A DNA stretch of 64,000 nt from Scyliorhinus canicula. Lineage: Eukaryota. The position numbers and the translations under genes were made by a program. Below the pieces are notes generated by a model. The model made no database searches. It saw nothing but the letters and a program-made list of their open reading frames with translations, and was not told the DNA's origin. Shown here piece by piece: positions 1 through 12,703 of the stretch (within the stretch, counting starts at the first letter, position 1; each line of letters opens with the position of its first letter). The stretch lies in assembly GCF_902713615.1 (NCBI RefSeq), contig NC_052146.1, forward strand, positions 14,958,938 through 15,022,937, in the 5' to 3' direction.

Positions 1-263
1 TGTACGCAGGCCGCAGCCGCCACGCCGCGTTCACAATTTCTGTGAGGACATGTGTCCCGCCCCGTATGGAACTTGGCCCATCGGGGGCGCAGCACCGCAG
101 GTGGGCCGGCCGATGAGCGACAGCTCATGGCGTGCGGCGGGATGACGCCGGTTTGGAGGTCGGAGACTGGCAAACCGGCTCGGCCCCCATTCCGAAATTG
201 GGATCGATTCTCTGCCCGATCGCCGATGACAATATTGGCGTCGGGCAACAGAGAATCCTGCCC
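1..263. mobile_element. Right end of GC-rich PIF/Harbinger-type non-autonomous DNA transposon (MITE), truncated by window start
   Basis: CpG-rich block ending GAGAATCCTGCCC, the reverse complement of the GGGC(N)GGATTCTCC terminal motif seen on other MITEs in the window. Confidence 0.6.
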
Positions 264-885
264 CTCATTTCTGGAGATGTTCTAGCAAATAAGAAGATGC
301 GAGATAGGAACGGGAGTAGAGCAGCCAGCCCTTTGAGCCCACAATGCTATTCAGTGACTGATCGTCTCTGTTGATGCCATTGTCCTGCACTATCCCCGGG
401 CTGAGGTCACCGACACCGAAATCGGCAACGGGCCGGAGAATCCAAATTACCGACGTGATCAGGGGCGGGATATTATTCGGGGCTCGGGGCACTTTAGTGG
501 GGCGGTAAAGGGCGCGCGAGCCGGCCGAAGTGGGGGGGCTATTTTGCGAGCCGCATCCGCGGGCTTTGGCCGCCATGTAGCATATGCGCGGCCATGGATC
601 TGGCAATTCTCCGGGGCATATCGGCAGCAAGAGCCAGGTGGAATAGTGGCCGGCACTGGCCAGCATTGTTTTAAAGACGGTCAGTTATGCTGGACAGTGC
701 ACTGCCTTTTTCTGAATTGAGTCACCCTGGCCCCAGTCGCAGTCAGGAAAACCCCGTACTGTAGTGTTAGCCCAAGTGATAGACCCCAATTTGAATATGA
801 AGCAAGGCTGGTGCAGTCTCGAATTGTAATGAGCATATTCTGTTCTACCCTTCAGATTGCAGGTTTAGGACACTGCTTAGGTCCT

Positions 886-1070
886 GGGAGGTCCGTTAGC
901 TCAGTTGGTTGGACAGCTGCTTAGCAACACCAAGCCATGCCCACAGTGCGAGTTCAATTCCCGCACCGGCTGAGGTCACCACGAAGGCTTTGCCTTCTCA
1001 ACCTCACCTGAGGTCTGCTGACCCTCAAGTTAAATCAACACAGCCTATGTCCTGTGGGAGTAATGGCAAC
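886..1070 (+). mobile_element. Decayed tRNA-derived SINE, same family as 32360-32505
   Basis: A-box TAGCTCAGTTGG, B-box-like AGTTCAATTCC, then GCCTTCTCAACCT...CCTGAGGT...CCCTCAAGTTAAATCA homologous to 32360-32505 (-). Confidence 0.6.
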
Positions 1071-1512
1071 TTCCATTTCATTTTCAATACCGATAGAATT
1101 ATCCCTGCATGGTTAAATATCTAGCCCTGTGTCTTCAGGAGAGGAGAAAATTAGTGGAGAAAATATTGGCAAGTTGTCTATACTTGATCTCAGGGGGGGA
1201 ACCTAATTTGCATTTCTTCAGATAAGGTCATGGGAAATGGTTGAAAGAGTTTAATCACAGCCTAAGTACTTGACAGAGGAAAAAAACATGATGAAAGTGA
1301 TGCGACTGCTGAACTTTCCATTTCCATTTATATTGTACATAGAATGACATAACATTTTCAAGGAGCACAGAAATAGCCCACCTAGCCTGTGCTGGTGTTT
1401 ACAGGCCACACAAGTCACCTTCCGTTCCAACTACCCCATGTCATAATTGGCAAACCTGCGCCGGCCCCTCATAAGGTAAGTCCCAGAGGTCCCGGAGCGG
1501 AAAGATGGGAGA

Positions 1513-1812
1513 TTATAACAATAAACTTTATTGTCACAAGCTTTCATTAACACAGCAATGAAGTTACTGTGAAAATCCCCTAGCCGCCACATTCCGGCAC
1601 CTGTTCGGGCACACAGAGGGAGAATTCAGAATGTCCAGTTCACCTAACAAGCACGGCTTTCGGGACTTGTGGGAGGAACCCGGAGCACCCGGAGGAAACC
1701 CACGCAGACATGGGGAGAACGTGCAGACAGACAGTGACCCAAGCTGGGAATCGAACCTGGGACCCTGGCGCTGTGAAGCCATAGTGCTAACCACTGTGCC
1801 ACCGTGCCGCCC
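1513..1812 (-). mobile_element. V-domain SINE (HE1-like head and body) with Rex/Babar-type tail
   Basis: tRNA-like head, V-domain GGGTTTCCTCCGGGTGCTCCGG, tail ...TTTTCACAGTAACTTCATTG...CTTGTGACAATAAA. Confidence 0.9.
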
Positions 1813-2129
1813 AGATGCCTTGGGGAGGGGAGCGATCGTGGTGTCGGGTGGTAAACCATGTGGGGGAAGGAGGGCCGAGCTCCCTGGTCCTGGAAGGGGG
1901 CGTGCCCCAAATATGAAGAGCTTTAAGATTAGCCCCCACCGTGTCAGGCCAGTTAAAATCCAGAGGGAATCCCGGTCCATTTAATTTTACACTCCCCACA
2001 CCACCTCCCCCACCCCCCAGACCTCCCCCCACCACCTCAGAAACCAACTGGGGGGAGCATAATATTCTGTCCTACGAGTAACTACCCGATATTTACAGGC
2101 TCTACTTCTAGGTTCTTCAACAAGTTACA

Positions 2130-2730
2130 AAGGAAATAGGAGGAATGGGCCACTCGGCCCCTCGAGCCTGCTCAATAAGGTCATGACTGATCTGATTGTG
2201 ACCTCAATTTTGCTTTCCCACCTACCCCACCATAACCAAAAATCTGTCCAACCCAATCTTGAACACATTCAATGAGCCAGCTTCCAGTACTTCACTGCGG
2301 AGGAAGATTCTAGAGGTTAACAAACCTCTACGAGAATAAATTCTTTCCCATTCCCCATTTCAAAACGAGAGACCCCTTAGTTTGAAACTGTGCTCCCACA
2401 TTTCTCCATGAGGGACACCATCCTTTCAGCATCCATTCTGTCCGGCCCCCTCAGGGTCTTACATGTTTCAATGAGGTCTCCTCTTGTTCTTCTGAGCTCC
2501 TCTGAGTATCGGCCCAACCTGCTGAACCATTTCTCATTGGACAAGCCCCTCAACCCAGGACTCACCTAGTGACCCTTATTGGGATTGTTTCCAATGCAAA
2601 TGCACCCATCCTCAAGTAGGGAGACCAAAACTGTACACAGTACTCTAAGGTGTGGTCTCACCAATGCCCCATACAGTTGTGGCACAACTTCTCTACTTCT
2701 ATATTCCACTCTTCCTTGCAATAAAGGCCA
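2130..2730 (-). mobile_element. CR1 LINE 3' fragment (ORF2 C-terminus and 3' UTR)
   Basis: ORFs 2566-2766 and 2377-2565: LYGALVRPHL, RLGRYS..RRTRGDLIETCK; typical CR1 3' UTR. Confidence 0.85.
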
Positions 2731-2814
2731 ATATATTTCCACACCTAGGTTGTCTAACCCATACATAACTTTAAAAACCTCTACCTCTTCTTAATCTTCT
2801 TCCACAGTCTGGGG

Positions 2815-3005
2815 TGTACCCCTATTACAGGGGTCACAAGATTACAGGGGTCCCTGTGGGGGGTCTTCCTATTACAGGGTCCCAGGGGAGACCCTATTAC
2901 ATGTCCCTGTTGGGGGAGGGGTTTCCCCTATTACAGGGATCCCTTTCGTGTGTCTCCCTATTACAGGAGTCCCTGTGGGGGGTCTCACTATTACAGGGTC
3001 CCTGT
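2815..3005. repeat. Degenerate minisatellite built on CTATTACAGGG(G)TCCCTGT(G)n
   Basis: TATTACAGG/ATTACAGG recurs about 7 times at ~20-35 bp spacing. Confidence 0.8.
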
Positions 3006-3457
3006 TGGGGAGAGTGGGTGTGGGGTGTGCTTGGGAGAGGAGGTGTGGGTAAATAGTGCATTGTTGAGGGGGGAGGCCCTCAGATGGACTCTGATGGTCT
3101 CTACCAGTGTGGCCCTGGTGTGGTGGACCTCGCAGTGGGCCAAGGGGGCACCCATTGCTCCCTGGGTCCACCCCAATTCCATCACATCTGGGTCATGTTG
3201 GTAAAAACCACAAGCGATCCATGCCAGTGTGATTCCCGGCTGCGGGAACCGCAAAATCACGGAAGACCCGAGTGTTGGCCATTCAGACCTATTTGCATTT
3301 ATTTACATCCCCCACTGGTGCATATTGTGGACCTTGTTCACACCGCCAGTGGGGGGGGGGGGGGGGGGGGGGAGGTTGGAGCATTGCGTTCGGACGATTT
3401 TTCTCCGACGCCCGATTATCCATCCATCGGGGGACACATTCCGGCCGTTCCGGACTA

Positions 3458-4118
3458 GGGCTGGGATTCTCCCCTACCCAGCGGGGCGGGGGGTCCCGGC
3501 GTAGTGGAGTGGCGCCAACCACGGGCTAGGCCCGTGCCGGAGAGGTTGGCGCCACGCCGACTGGCGCCAAAACCGGCACCAACGGCCTTTGACTCCCGCC
3601 GCACGGCATCGGGGCTGGCCGACAGGCCTTCGCCGGTTCGCGCATGTGCCGGTACGTCAGCTACCGCTGACGTCACCACCAGCGCATGCGCAGTAGCGGG
3701 GTTCTCTTCCGCCTCCGCCATGGTGGAGGCCGTGGCGGCGGCGGAATAAAAAGAGTACCCCCACGGCACTGGCCCGCCCACCGATCGGTGGGCCCTGATC
3801 GCTCGGCAGGCCACCGTGGGGGCATCCCCCGGGGTCCGATCGTCCCGCGCCCCCCAGGAGCCCGGGGACCTGCTCGCGCCGCCAATCCCGCTGCCACCAG
3901 AGGTAGTTGAATCCACATCGGCAGGATTGGCCTGTCAGCGGCGGGACTTTGGCCCATCGCGGGCCGGAGAGTTGCCACGGGGGGCACGCCAATCGGCGCG
4001 GCGTGATTCCCGCTCCCGCCGATTCCCGGGTGGCGGAGAATTCCGGCCACAACGGGGGCGGGATTTACGCCGGCCCCGGGCGATTCCCCGACCCTGCGGG
4101 GGTCGGAGAATTCCGCCC
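3458..4118. mobile_element. GC-rich PIF/Harbinger-type MITE
   Basis: Terminal inverted repeats GGGCTGGGATTCTCC ... GGAGAATTCCGCCC; very high CpG; no credible coding. Confidence 0.75.
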
Positions 4119-4174
4119 CAGATAACCGCACCCTACATGTGTTAAGAACAATATAATTTGCGTTTATGTATGTA

Positions 4175-5189
4175 TGTTAAGAAAGGTGGAACATGGTTTT
4201 AGCTATATATAGATTTTTTTTTTGGAGCTTGGTGCTAAGGAGTTTGGAGGGCCTCTTAGCAAAAGGTCAGGTTTTGATGGGAAAAACATGCAATTTTAAT
4301 GAGGGTCTCGACTCCCTGAAGTGAAGAAATGGGCTGAAAATGGGCTGGAAGTTTGCCGATTTAGGAGAAAGAATACAAAAGGTAGAAAAAAACTGTGCTG
4401 TTACCTATCACCAGGGGTCCAGTGACACACAGAGTCACAGAGAATGACAGTAAAGAAGTACAGAGTGCATATGTCAGAGAGTGAAGAGTTCAAAGATCTC
4501 TGACAAGAAGTATTGCAAGGCTGCTGGGGACTGACTTTAGGAAGCTCATGTGTTTGCTCTGTACTTGAAGTAATAGTGAGTTTGAAGAGTGGTCTTGGGT
4601 GTCGCAGGGAGTAGATACCAGCTGGGGGGAAAAGCAGCTAGTGGATGCTCAGAAATACACCAAAAGAAAATTGTTTGCAAATGGTCCAGCCTAAGCAAGA
4701 ACCTTTGATGTTAAGATAGTGGTAAATCTTCACTGGGGCTTTGTGTCTGGAAGGATATTGCCGGGATAAAAGGAGCGGTATGAATCATTTTCCTGTGCTT
4801 GTCTTGAGATCTTTCCAACCTTTTTTGTCTGGTATAATATAGTTCACTTTTTTCTGTTTAATAAAAGTTTTATTCTTTATGTTAAAAGTTAAGCAGTAAA
4901 TTCCTGTGAACTTATTCAGTATATTTCTGCCACGGTTTCTAAAAAGGAACAAAGTTAGGCAACGGAATTCTCCATTGGCGGGATTCTCTGGCCCACCGGT
5001 TTTCCGGGGTGATCAGAATGGGAATCCCCATTGGCCGACTGCGGGAACGGAGAATCCCGCTGCCAACGGGGATGCGCTGCGCCGGAAAGTACGGCTGGCG
5101 GATCGGAGAATCCTGCCTAGGATTTATCAAGCCAGGTTTTACTCTGGGATCTGGCTTGTGTCGTATTAACATCAGCTGGGATCATAACA
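4175..5189 (+). mobile_element. Probable solo LTR interrupted by a small MITE (~4958-5117)
   Basis: TGTTA...TAACA termini, AATAAA near 4860; no clean TSD. Inner MITE has GGAATTCTCC/GGAGAATCC inverted ends. Confidence 0.45.
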
Positions 5190-5889
5190 TGGGCATTTTG
5201 ATCAAGTAATTGATGACAGCAAGCGACCTGGAGGCACTGCTTAGAACCTCATTGCCTTGTGGATCATCTTATGCAAAACTGAGGCGGCTAATTCAGCAAA
5301 AGGAAATTGCACACGCTAAGAGGAGAAACAGAACAATTCCTGCACCGTGTGTCTAGTCGTGCTGGCACAAAGTCAGAAAGGTTTCAAGACAGAAAAGGAA
5401 ATTGTTTTCAGGATGACAACGTGTCGAAATGGCACGGACTTTACAAACTAGCTTCAATGTGCTGGAATTGCTTCCCTAAACCTTCTCTCCTCCTTTAAGG
5501 AACTCCTTCCAACCTCTCACATTGACCGAATATTCAGCCACCTATACTATACCGCAGTTTTATAGGGCAGCACCAATGCGTTTTAAAAGTCATCGGTGAT
5601 GTTTCAAGAAAAAATAAACCCGTTTCAAGATGTATCCGCATATCGTAACCAGGAGTTTGGCATGTTAACCCGTTTCAACTGAACCACTTTCCTTCCATGG
5701 GAGGTGAGCATCACTGACAAGTCCAGCATTTGTCCCAGCATCTCCTCATTTGGTTCTTTAGTAACTCTTTTCTCATTGAGATGCCTGTGAAGCACCTTGG
5801 GATGTTTAACTATGCTAAAGGGGCTATATAAATGCCAGTTTTGTTGTCGGGGTGTAAATCCGGAGGGCAGAGATTCACGTCACAACTTT

Positions 5890-6055
5890 AGGCTGGTTTA
5901 GCTCAGTGGGCTAGACAACTGGTTTGTGATGCAGAACAAAGCCAGCAGCACGGGTTCAATTCCCATCCCAGCTTACCCAAACAGACGCCGGAATGTGGTG
6001 ACCAGGGGCTTTTCACAGTAGCTTCATACTTGTGACAATAAAAGTTTATTATAAG
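5890..6055 (+). mobile_element. Short tRNA-head SINE with Rex/Babar-type tail
   Basis: GGGCTGGTTTAGCTCAGTGG head, GGTTCAATTCCC B-box, GGGGCTTTTCACAGTA...CTTGTGACAATAAA tail. Confidence 0.85.
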
Positions 6056-6775
6056 ATTATTCACATGAACCACGAGCTTCCCTGTTAGGATATGGTAAGG
6101 GAGGAAATTAGTGTCAAATGTTCTGTATAAAAAAAAGGATCTTAAAAATATTAGCAGCGGGCCCATTGCAGACGGAAACTCAAGGGACAGAATTGAAATC
6201 CACCCAAAGCGTGTTTATTGCAAAATAACTAAAAGTGATTTGCAAAACAGGATGCATAAATTACCGTTCTTTTTGCATTCAACTCATTAGTTCATTTTAA
6301 GGGGTTATTGAATGACTGTGGCTGTATTGCCTAGTCAATGATTTTTTTTTTTTGCTGCTGAATAATTCATTGTTTTCTTTGCAGAGCGAGCAGTAAATAA
6401 CGGCAGGACTCGAACACTAAAGAAGCACTGCATCGTTGCAAAAGCAGGCTTGGCTGATTCAGCACCAACGTGTCAGAAAGTGAATTTATAATATTGCAGG
6501 ACTCTTTAACACCTTCGACAATGAATGGTTGGAACACTGGGTTTTGCTCCATTGTGTTGGATAAGCTGTTTGCTCATCAAGCTGCAGAGATTTCCATACC
6601 CGCAGCGCCACAGTTTTATCGGGCAGCGTCAATGCGTTTTAAAAGTCATCGGTGATGTTTCAGGAAAAAAAACAAACCCCCTTCAAGATACATCGGCAAA
6701 CCGTAACAGGGAGGTTGCCGTGTTAGCCCGTTTCTACTGATCCACTTTCGTCATCAGCTTAGTGCCTGATTTCAG

Positions 6776-7186
6776 GCGGCACGTCAGCACAGTGGCTAGC
6801 ACAATTGCTTCACCGCGCCAGGGTCCCGGGTTCGATTCCCGGCTTGGGTCACTGTCTGTGCGGAGTCTGCACGTTCTCCCCGTGTCTGCGTGGGTTTCCT
6901 CCAGGTGCTCCGGTTTCCTCCCACAGTCCAAAGATGTGCGGGTTAGGTGGATTGGCCACGCTAAATTGTCCCTCGTGTCCAAAATTGCCCTTAGTGTTGG
7001 GTGGGGTTACTGGGTAACGGGGATAGGATGAAGGTGTGGACTTGGGTAGGGTGCTCTTTCCAAGAGCCGGTGCAGACACGATGGGCCAAATGGCCTCCTT
7101 CTGCACTGTAAATTCTATGATCTATGTAATGGACAGTGCAGACTTAATGGGCTGAATGGCCTCCTTCTGCACTGTAAATTCTATGA
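6776..7186 (+). mobile_element. HE1-type V-SINE with CR1-derived tail, followed by a second tail copy
   Basis: Full head and V-domain; tail ATGGCCTCCTTCTGCACTGTAAATTCTATG present twice (7090-7120, 7157-7186). Confidence 0.9.
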
Positions 7187-7199
7187 AAAAAGAAAATCC

Positions 7200-7900
7200 A
7201 GGCCATCACTGCAAGAGCTCCTGAGGGTAGTGAGGCCAAATCATCTTCATAGATAACCTTCCTTTCATCACAAGGTCAGAAGTGGGGATGCTCGGTGATG
7301 ACTGCACAATATTCAGCACCGTTCACGACTCCTCAGATAATGAAGTAGTCCATGTCCAAATGCAGCAAGACCTGGACTATCCAGGCTTGGGCTGACAAGT
7401 GGCAAGTAACATTCACGCCACTCAAGAGCCAGGCAATGACCATCTCCAACAAGCGAGAATCTCGCCATCTCCCCTTGGAATTCAATGGCATTACTATCAA
7501 CATCCGAGAGGGGGGTGGGGGTTACCATTGAACTGTGGCGATTAACTCAAGTCTTGACTTTCCAAAGCCTGTCCATCATCTACAAGGCACAAGTCAGGAG
7601 TCAGATGGAATACTCTCCACTTGCCTGGATGAGTGCAGCTCCAACATTCCAAAACCCTGACACCACCCAATATGAAGCAACCCGCTTGATTGGCGCCCCA
7701 TGCAAAATCATTCAATCCTTCCACCACCAACACGCATGCAGTGTGGACCATCTACAAGATGCACTGCAGAAACTCACCAAGGATCCTTAGACAGAATCTT
7801 CCAAACCCATGGCCACTACCATCTAAAACACAAAGGTAACAGACAGGTGGGAACACCAACAACTGGGAGTTCCTCTCCAATTCACCTACCTTCCCAACTT
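7200..7900 (+). mobile_element. CR1/L2-group LINE (second family) ORF2 C-terminal fragment
   Basis: IYKAQVRSQMEYSPLAWMSAAPT; same motif at 46381-46731 (-). Confidence 0.8.
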
Positions 7901-7907
7901 AGAACAA

Positions 7908-9157
7908 TGGTTGGGATTTTCCATTCACCATTAGAAAAGAGGAAGTGCGATCCATTAGCTGCTTTGATGTGATGAGGAGCTGTCAATCATAGCAAGTGTG
8001 TTTATAAACATTGGGTGGTTGGCATCAAAGCAGGGTAGTGGAGATGCATTCAAGCGTGAAGGGAAAGATAAATAAACAATCGGCCAAGCATCTGTGCCTG
8101 AACCGTTAATCTGTCAATCACAGGCGAGTGAAAGATACTGCTCTGTCAAATTGAATGGCTGCTTAACAATTATAGGGTGTCAGTGAATCTGACGACTTTT
8201 CGAGAGCTGTGGGCTTTCGAGGAATCCTCTGACACTTGTAAAAGCTGCTATTTGAAAGAATGTTGCCTGAGAGAGCAGATGTTAGGAAAGGGAAAGTGTT
8301 CCTGCTTTGATTCTTCACTGATATTCCTGGACTGCTCATCAGTTGTCAGGCAGAGCAGTTCAGGCTGAGGAGATCACCTCAGGGTTTAAAAACCTCAGTC
8401 TAGGAGGACGCTGTTGAACAGAGGGCTGCCTGAGATCATCATGCCAAGGGTGAACAAAGAGAACAGCGAAAAGGACAGTATAGGAACAGGCCCTTCGGCC
8501 CTCCAAGCCTGTGCCAATCACACACGGTGATCTTAAGGTTTCCCAGGATTGGAAGGGGCAGGCCAGACATAGTATCCCTATTCTCACGGGGTCCCGAGTT
8601 CAAACCCTCATCCACTGCCCGATCCCACACAACCCCAGGATACTTGGGGAAGCCCCCTCTGCAGCCTGGCAGTGGCAGAGGGGCACATTACTGATGGACT
8701 GACCTGCCTTGAACCCCCCCCCCCCCCTCAGTACCCACTGCGCAAGGCGTAGGTGTGACTGCCAGGATGTAGATGTCATGGTGCCAGGGCAGTGCACCAT
8801 TGACAATGTCAGAGGGTGAGGACTGAAGGGGGTGGCTGAAGGGGGGATAGCGAGTCGGGTCACACTCATATGTGCGTGGGGTGGGGGTGACCTGTAGTGG
8901 AGGATTTTGCCCCTCCTTGATGAGGGATTGGGGGGGCCCTCCTTGTCAGCGGGAGGATCAATGTTTGCATTGCCTCTGGCTCACAATGGTGGCCCGAATC
9001 CGAGCTTTTAATGGAATCCGATCAGGTCTCTCACTATGCATAGATTTGTATGGCCAAGGACTTAGACCACCTGGCTGCCACTCCAAGCGGCAACAGAGAC
9101 CAATCCGGACTCTCCGCTGGTGGGAGCTTGAGACTCGAGAACAGAGAATCCTGCCCT
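7908..9157. mobile_element. Non-autonomous DNA transposon, Harbinger-type termini; same family as 42806-43617
   Basis: ~400-bp interior (7950-8350) is homologous to 42895-43290; right end GAGAATCCTGCCC. Confidence 0.6.
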
Positions 9158-9164
9158 ATATCCT

Positions 9165-9360
9165 TCACTCTCGATGAGTCAAAAATCCTAGAATTCCCTA
9201 CCTAACGGCACTCCGGGTATACCTATACCCCATGGACTGCAGCGGTTCAAGAAGGCAGCTCACCACCAGCTTCTCTGGGGCACTTTCTCTGGGGCAAATA
9301 AGGATGAACAATCAAAGCTGGTCCAGCCAGTAAAGCCCACCTCACAAGAATGAATTTTTA
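9165..9360 (+). mobile_element. 3' end of the second CR1/L2-group LINE family
   Basis: GGACTGCAGCGGTTCAAGAAGGCAGCTCACCACCA motif, also at 15110-15400 (-) and 44090-44320 (+). Confidence 0.75.
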
Positions 9361-9511
9361 AAAAAACTACAAAACTGATCTCACTGTAGGGCTGAAGGAT
9401 TGATGGTGATGGACCATGATGTGGAGTCGACTTTGCCTTTTTTTTGTGATGAAGATGTTTTGGGAGGGAGGGGTGGTGCGGTCAGAAGCTCAGAACAAAC
9501 TCGATCACACA

Positions 9512-9730
9512 GAAATAAGACACTGTGGATGCTTAAAGTCTGAAGTGAAAGTGGACAATGTTCCAAATACTCAGCAGGGCCTGGCAACATCTGTGAAGAG
9601 AGAAACAGGGTCAACTTTCACCTCTGTGAACTTTCATCAGAACTGACGATAAGCCATTGACCTGAAAGGTTTGTCTCTCCTTCCGTAGATGCTACCTGAC
9701 CTGTTTCTCTTTTTGCATTTTCAGCTTTTA
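9512..9730. mobile_element. Decayed Penelope-like element termini in inverted arrangement with degenerate hammerhead motifs
   Basis: CTGATGAAAG...GAAA (-) and CTGACGA...GACCTGAAA (+) back to back, flanked by AGATG(C/T)TGCC..ACCTG-like arms. Confidence 0.55.
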
Positions 9731-10157
9731 TTTAGGCGGCAGTGATTCCCGATTTGGACTGTCTTAGCCGAGCGCAGCCAGGGTCCCTTTTGCACTCAGC
9801 ATCCCACAGAGAGGTGGAATGAAAGAGCAGCCGGGGATCTTGCTCCTGCTCGCTGCCTACTGACTCTTGTCGCAATGGCTATGGGGTGAACGCTTGCACT
9901 GGCCTGATGGCTTCGATGGCCCTGGCTGCTGTCTGCTGTCGCCCAATAGCTCACCAACACTAGAGTTCAGGTCGACACATTAAGAATAACTATGTGATTG
10001 AACGTACAGATGTCAGTCAGCACTGACTGAACAAAGTTGTGCAGGAATCAGACACACTTCATCTTGTGATAGTACCCAATGCAAAAATGCAATCGATTAT
10101 CGTGCAGGGATTTACTTCAGGTCAATACAATTAATGCACAGGTACCACCGCAGACCA

Positions 10158-10442
10158 ACAATAATCTTTACTGTCACATGTAGGCTTACATTAACACTGC
10201 AACTGTGAATAGCCCCTAGTCGCCACACTCCGGTGCCTGTTCGGGTACGCAGAGGGAGAATTCAGAATGTCCAAATGACCTAACAGCACGTCTTTCGGGC
10301 CTCGTGGGAGGAAACCGGAGCACCCGGAGGAAACCCACCCAGACACGGGGAGAACATGCAGACTCCGCACAGACAGTGACCCAAACCGGGAATCAAGCCT
10401 GAGACCCTGGCGCTGTGAAGTCATAGAGCTAACCACTGTGCT
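10158..10442 (-). mobile_element. V-domain SINE with Rex/Babar-type tail
   Basis: Same structure as 1513-1812. Confidence 0.9.
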
Positions 10443-10957
10443 ATCTGGAAATACATCTTTCTCAATTTGTAAGGCCTGATAGCCTTCATAGATATATATA
10501 TCAAACAACACTCTGAAGTAAAATCTGGTGCAATTCCAAATTTAAATAAGAAATTAGGGTAGCCCGAGAGTTTGATGCGTCACCAATTCTCATCAATTGA
10601 AGAAGTGTAGATTCTGATGCAACTAATTGCGCTCATCATCAAATTTAAATGATGGTGACCTACGGTAATCTTTTCTGATCACCGGTCTCATTACAACTTT
10701 GAGCCATTGCATCATTACGTGTTCTGGCTTGGAGAAAGGCAGATGTGTTTGCTTCTGCCAGCCACCCTTTGCATTGGTGTTAACTACAGCACAGAGCAGC
10801 ATCAGAAACTGGCTCCACCATCGTGAGTTACATGGGGGGGGAGGGGCGAGGGGTGAGGTTATGAAGGGGCTGCAGAGCGAGGACCGAATAGTAACTCACT
10901 TGTGGAATCTTCGTCAGTCCTCTTGCTGTCACATCCTACAAGTTCCGATGCTCGTTG

Positions 10958-11306
10958 AATCACAGAATCCCTACGGTGCAGAAGGATGCCACTCGGCCCA
11001 TTGAGTCTGCACCGACCCTCCGAAAGAGCATTCTTCATAGGTCCACTTACTCCCTTACCCCACCCTATACCTGTAACCCCCCCAATTGAACCCAAACCCC
11101 ACCTAAGCTGCACATCCCTGGACACTATGGGGCAATTTAGCATGGCCGATCCTCTTAACCATTGGCTGTGGGAGGAAACTGGAGCACCCGGAGGAAACCC
11201 ACGCAGACACTGGGAGAATGTGCAGACTGCACACATACAGGGCCGTAATTGAACCCGGGGCCCCTCGCGGCGCGAGGCAGCGGTGCTAACCACTGCCACC
11301 ACGCTG
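10958..11306 (-). mobile_element. HE1-type V-SINE with CR1 tail
   Basis: V-domain plus GGTGCAGACTCAATGGGCCGA tail on minus strand. Confidence 0.85.
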
Positions 11307-11528
11307 CTTGTAGTCTTTTCATTTTCTTTTTTGGTCATTTCTGATGCAGGAATTATTGACTTTCCTCTCACCCCGAGTTCTGTCTGTGTGTAACACTCTC
11401 TCACCACTTGGTTCAGCAGGGTATGGGTTCGAGCCCTATTCCAAGGATGTAAGAACACAATCAGGCTGCCTCTTCTGGGCAGTACTGAAATAGAGCTGCA
11501 CCTTCAGCTGTGTTTTGGAGGAGACAGT

Positions 11529-11847
11529 TGATGAGACCATCAATTCACGCGACACGTGGTTAGAAGTGAACAGTGGTTTTAATCGTCTTACAGCAGAGCC
11601 TGCCTGTGACGAGATGAACTCTAGATGAACTGGCAGGCAGACTCCGACTGTCAAGCTTTATACAACCAGTGGGGGGGGGAGGAGCCATGGGTGGAGCCAA
11701 GGGTGGAGCCCAGTACAAACTTCCGTACATTCCCAGTACACCTCCCCCTAGGGGCAGAGCCACGCAACTGCTCGTGTGCCGAGCTTATAGAGGCATGGTG
11801 CAACATGTGTGATAACAGTGTGAATTATGCTATTATGATTCACCGCA
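11529..11847 (-). mobile_element. Solo LTR (family X), 5-bp TSD ACAGT
   Basis: TG...CA termini; ACAGT at 11524-11528 and 11848-11852; homologous to 33460-33703 and 37707-37939. Confidence 0.85.
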
Positions 11848-12007
11848 ACAGTAAAACCAGAATCCTCTCTGTCCACTCAGGTGGCTGCAAGAGATCTGTG
11901 ACACTTCTTGGTCAGCAGCAGGCAAGTACTCCCTGGTGACCTGGCCAATATTAATCCCACACCCAACACCACTAAAAAAATATTTGATCGTGGATGAAAG
12001 GATTTTG

Positions 12008-12690
12008 AGGTAATGTCACTGGCCTGGTGATCCAGAGGCCCAGACTTGTACACTGGGGAGGTGGCTTCAAATCCCACCACGGCAGCTGAAGGAGCTTAGA
12101 TTCATTTAATTATTGCCTGGAATTGGAAAGCTGGTCTCGGGGATGGTGACCATGAAACCATCATTGACGTTTGTAAAAGTCCATCTGGTTCATCCATATC
12201 CGTGAGAGAAGGAAATCTGGCACCCTTACCAGTGACCTAGAAGCGGGCAGGTTGTTTCCACTGGCGGGTGAAAGCAGAACTAGGGGGCATAACCTCAAAA
12301 TAAGGGGAAGTAGATTTAGGACTGAGTTTAGGAGGAACTTCTTCACCCAAAGGGTTGTGAATCTATGGAATTCCCTGCCCAGTGAAGCATTTGAGTCTCC
12401 TTCATTAAATATTTTTAAGATAACGATAGATAGTTTTTTGAAGAACAAAGGGATTAAGGGTTATGGTGTTCGGGCTGGAAAGTGGAGCTGAGTCCACAAA
12501 AGATCAGCCATGATCTCATTGAATGGCGGAGCAGGCTCGAGGGGCCAGATGGTCTACTCCTGCTCCTAGTTCTTATGTTCTTATGATCTACATGTGACCC
12601 CAGAGCCAGAATAAAATGGCTGACTTTCAACTAAATGCTCTGGCAAGGGATGAACAAACCATTCTAGCCTTGTGAGCGACGCCCGTGGAA
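12008..12690 (+). mobile_element. tRNA-derived SINE interrupted by a 5'-truncated CR1 (~12239-12586)
   Basis: TTCAAATCCCACCACGGCAGC B-box region; CR1 peptide FPLAGESRTRGHNLKIRG...LWNSLP and TTCTTATG tail nearly identical to 18105-18440. Confidence 0.75.
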
Positions 12691-12703
12691 GACTTTAAAG
12701 AAA

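Noticed and set aside
3351-3372. Long poly-G runs (also near 23845, 32397, 32600) as G-quadruplex elements
   Set aside because: Homopolymers within repeats; lengths are prone to slippage and sequencing error
3229-4145. Dense overlapping ORFs and CpG-island-like promoter
   Set aside because: Bounded by MITE inverted termini; high GC suppresses stop codons. Same applies to 23300-23900 and 24975-25620
6776-6850. tRNA genes
   Set aside because: A/B-box heads continue into SINE bodies; no complete cloverleaf followed by a T-run terminator
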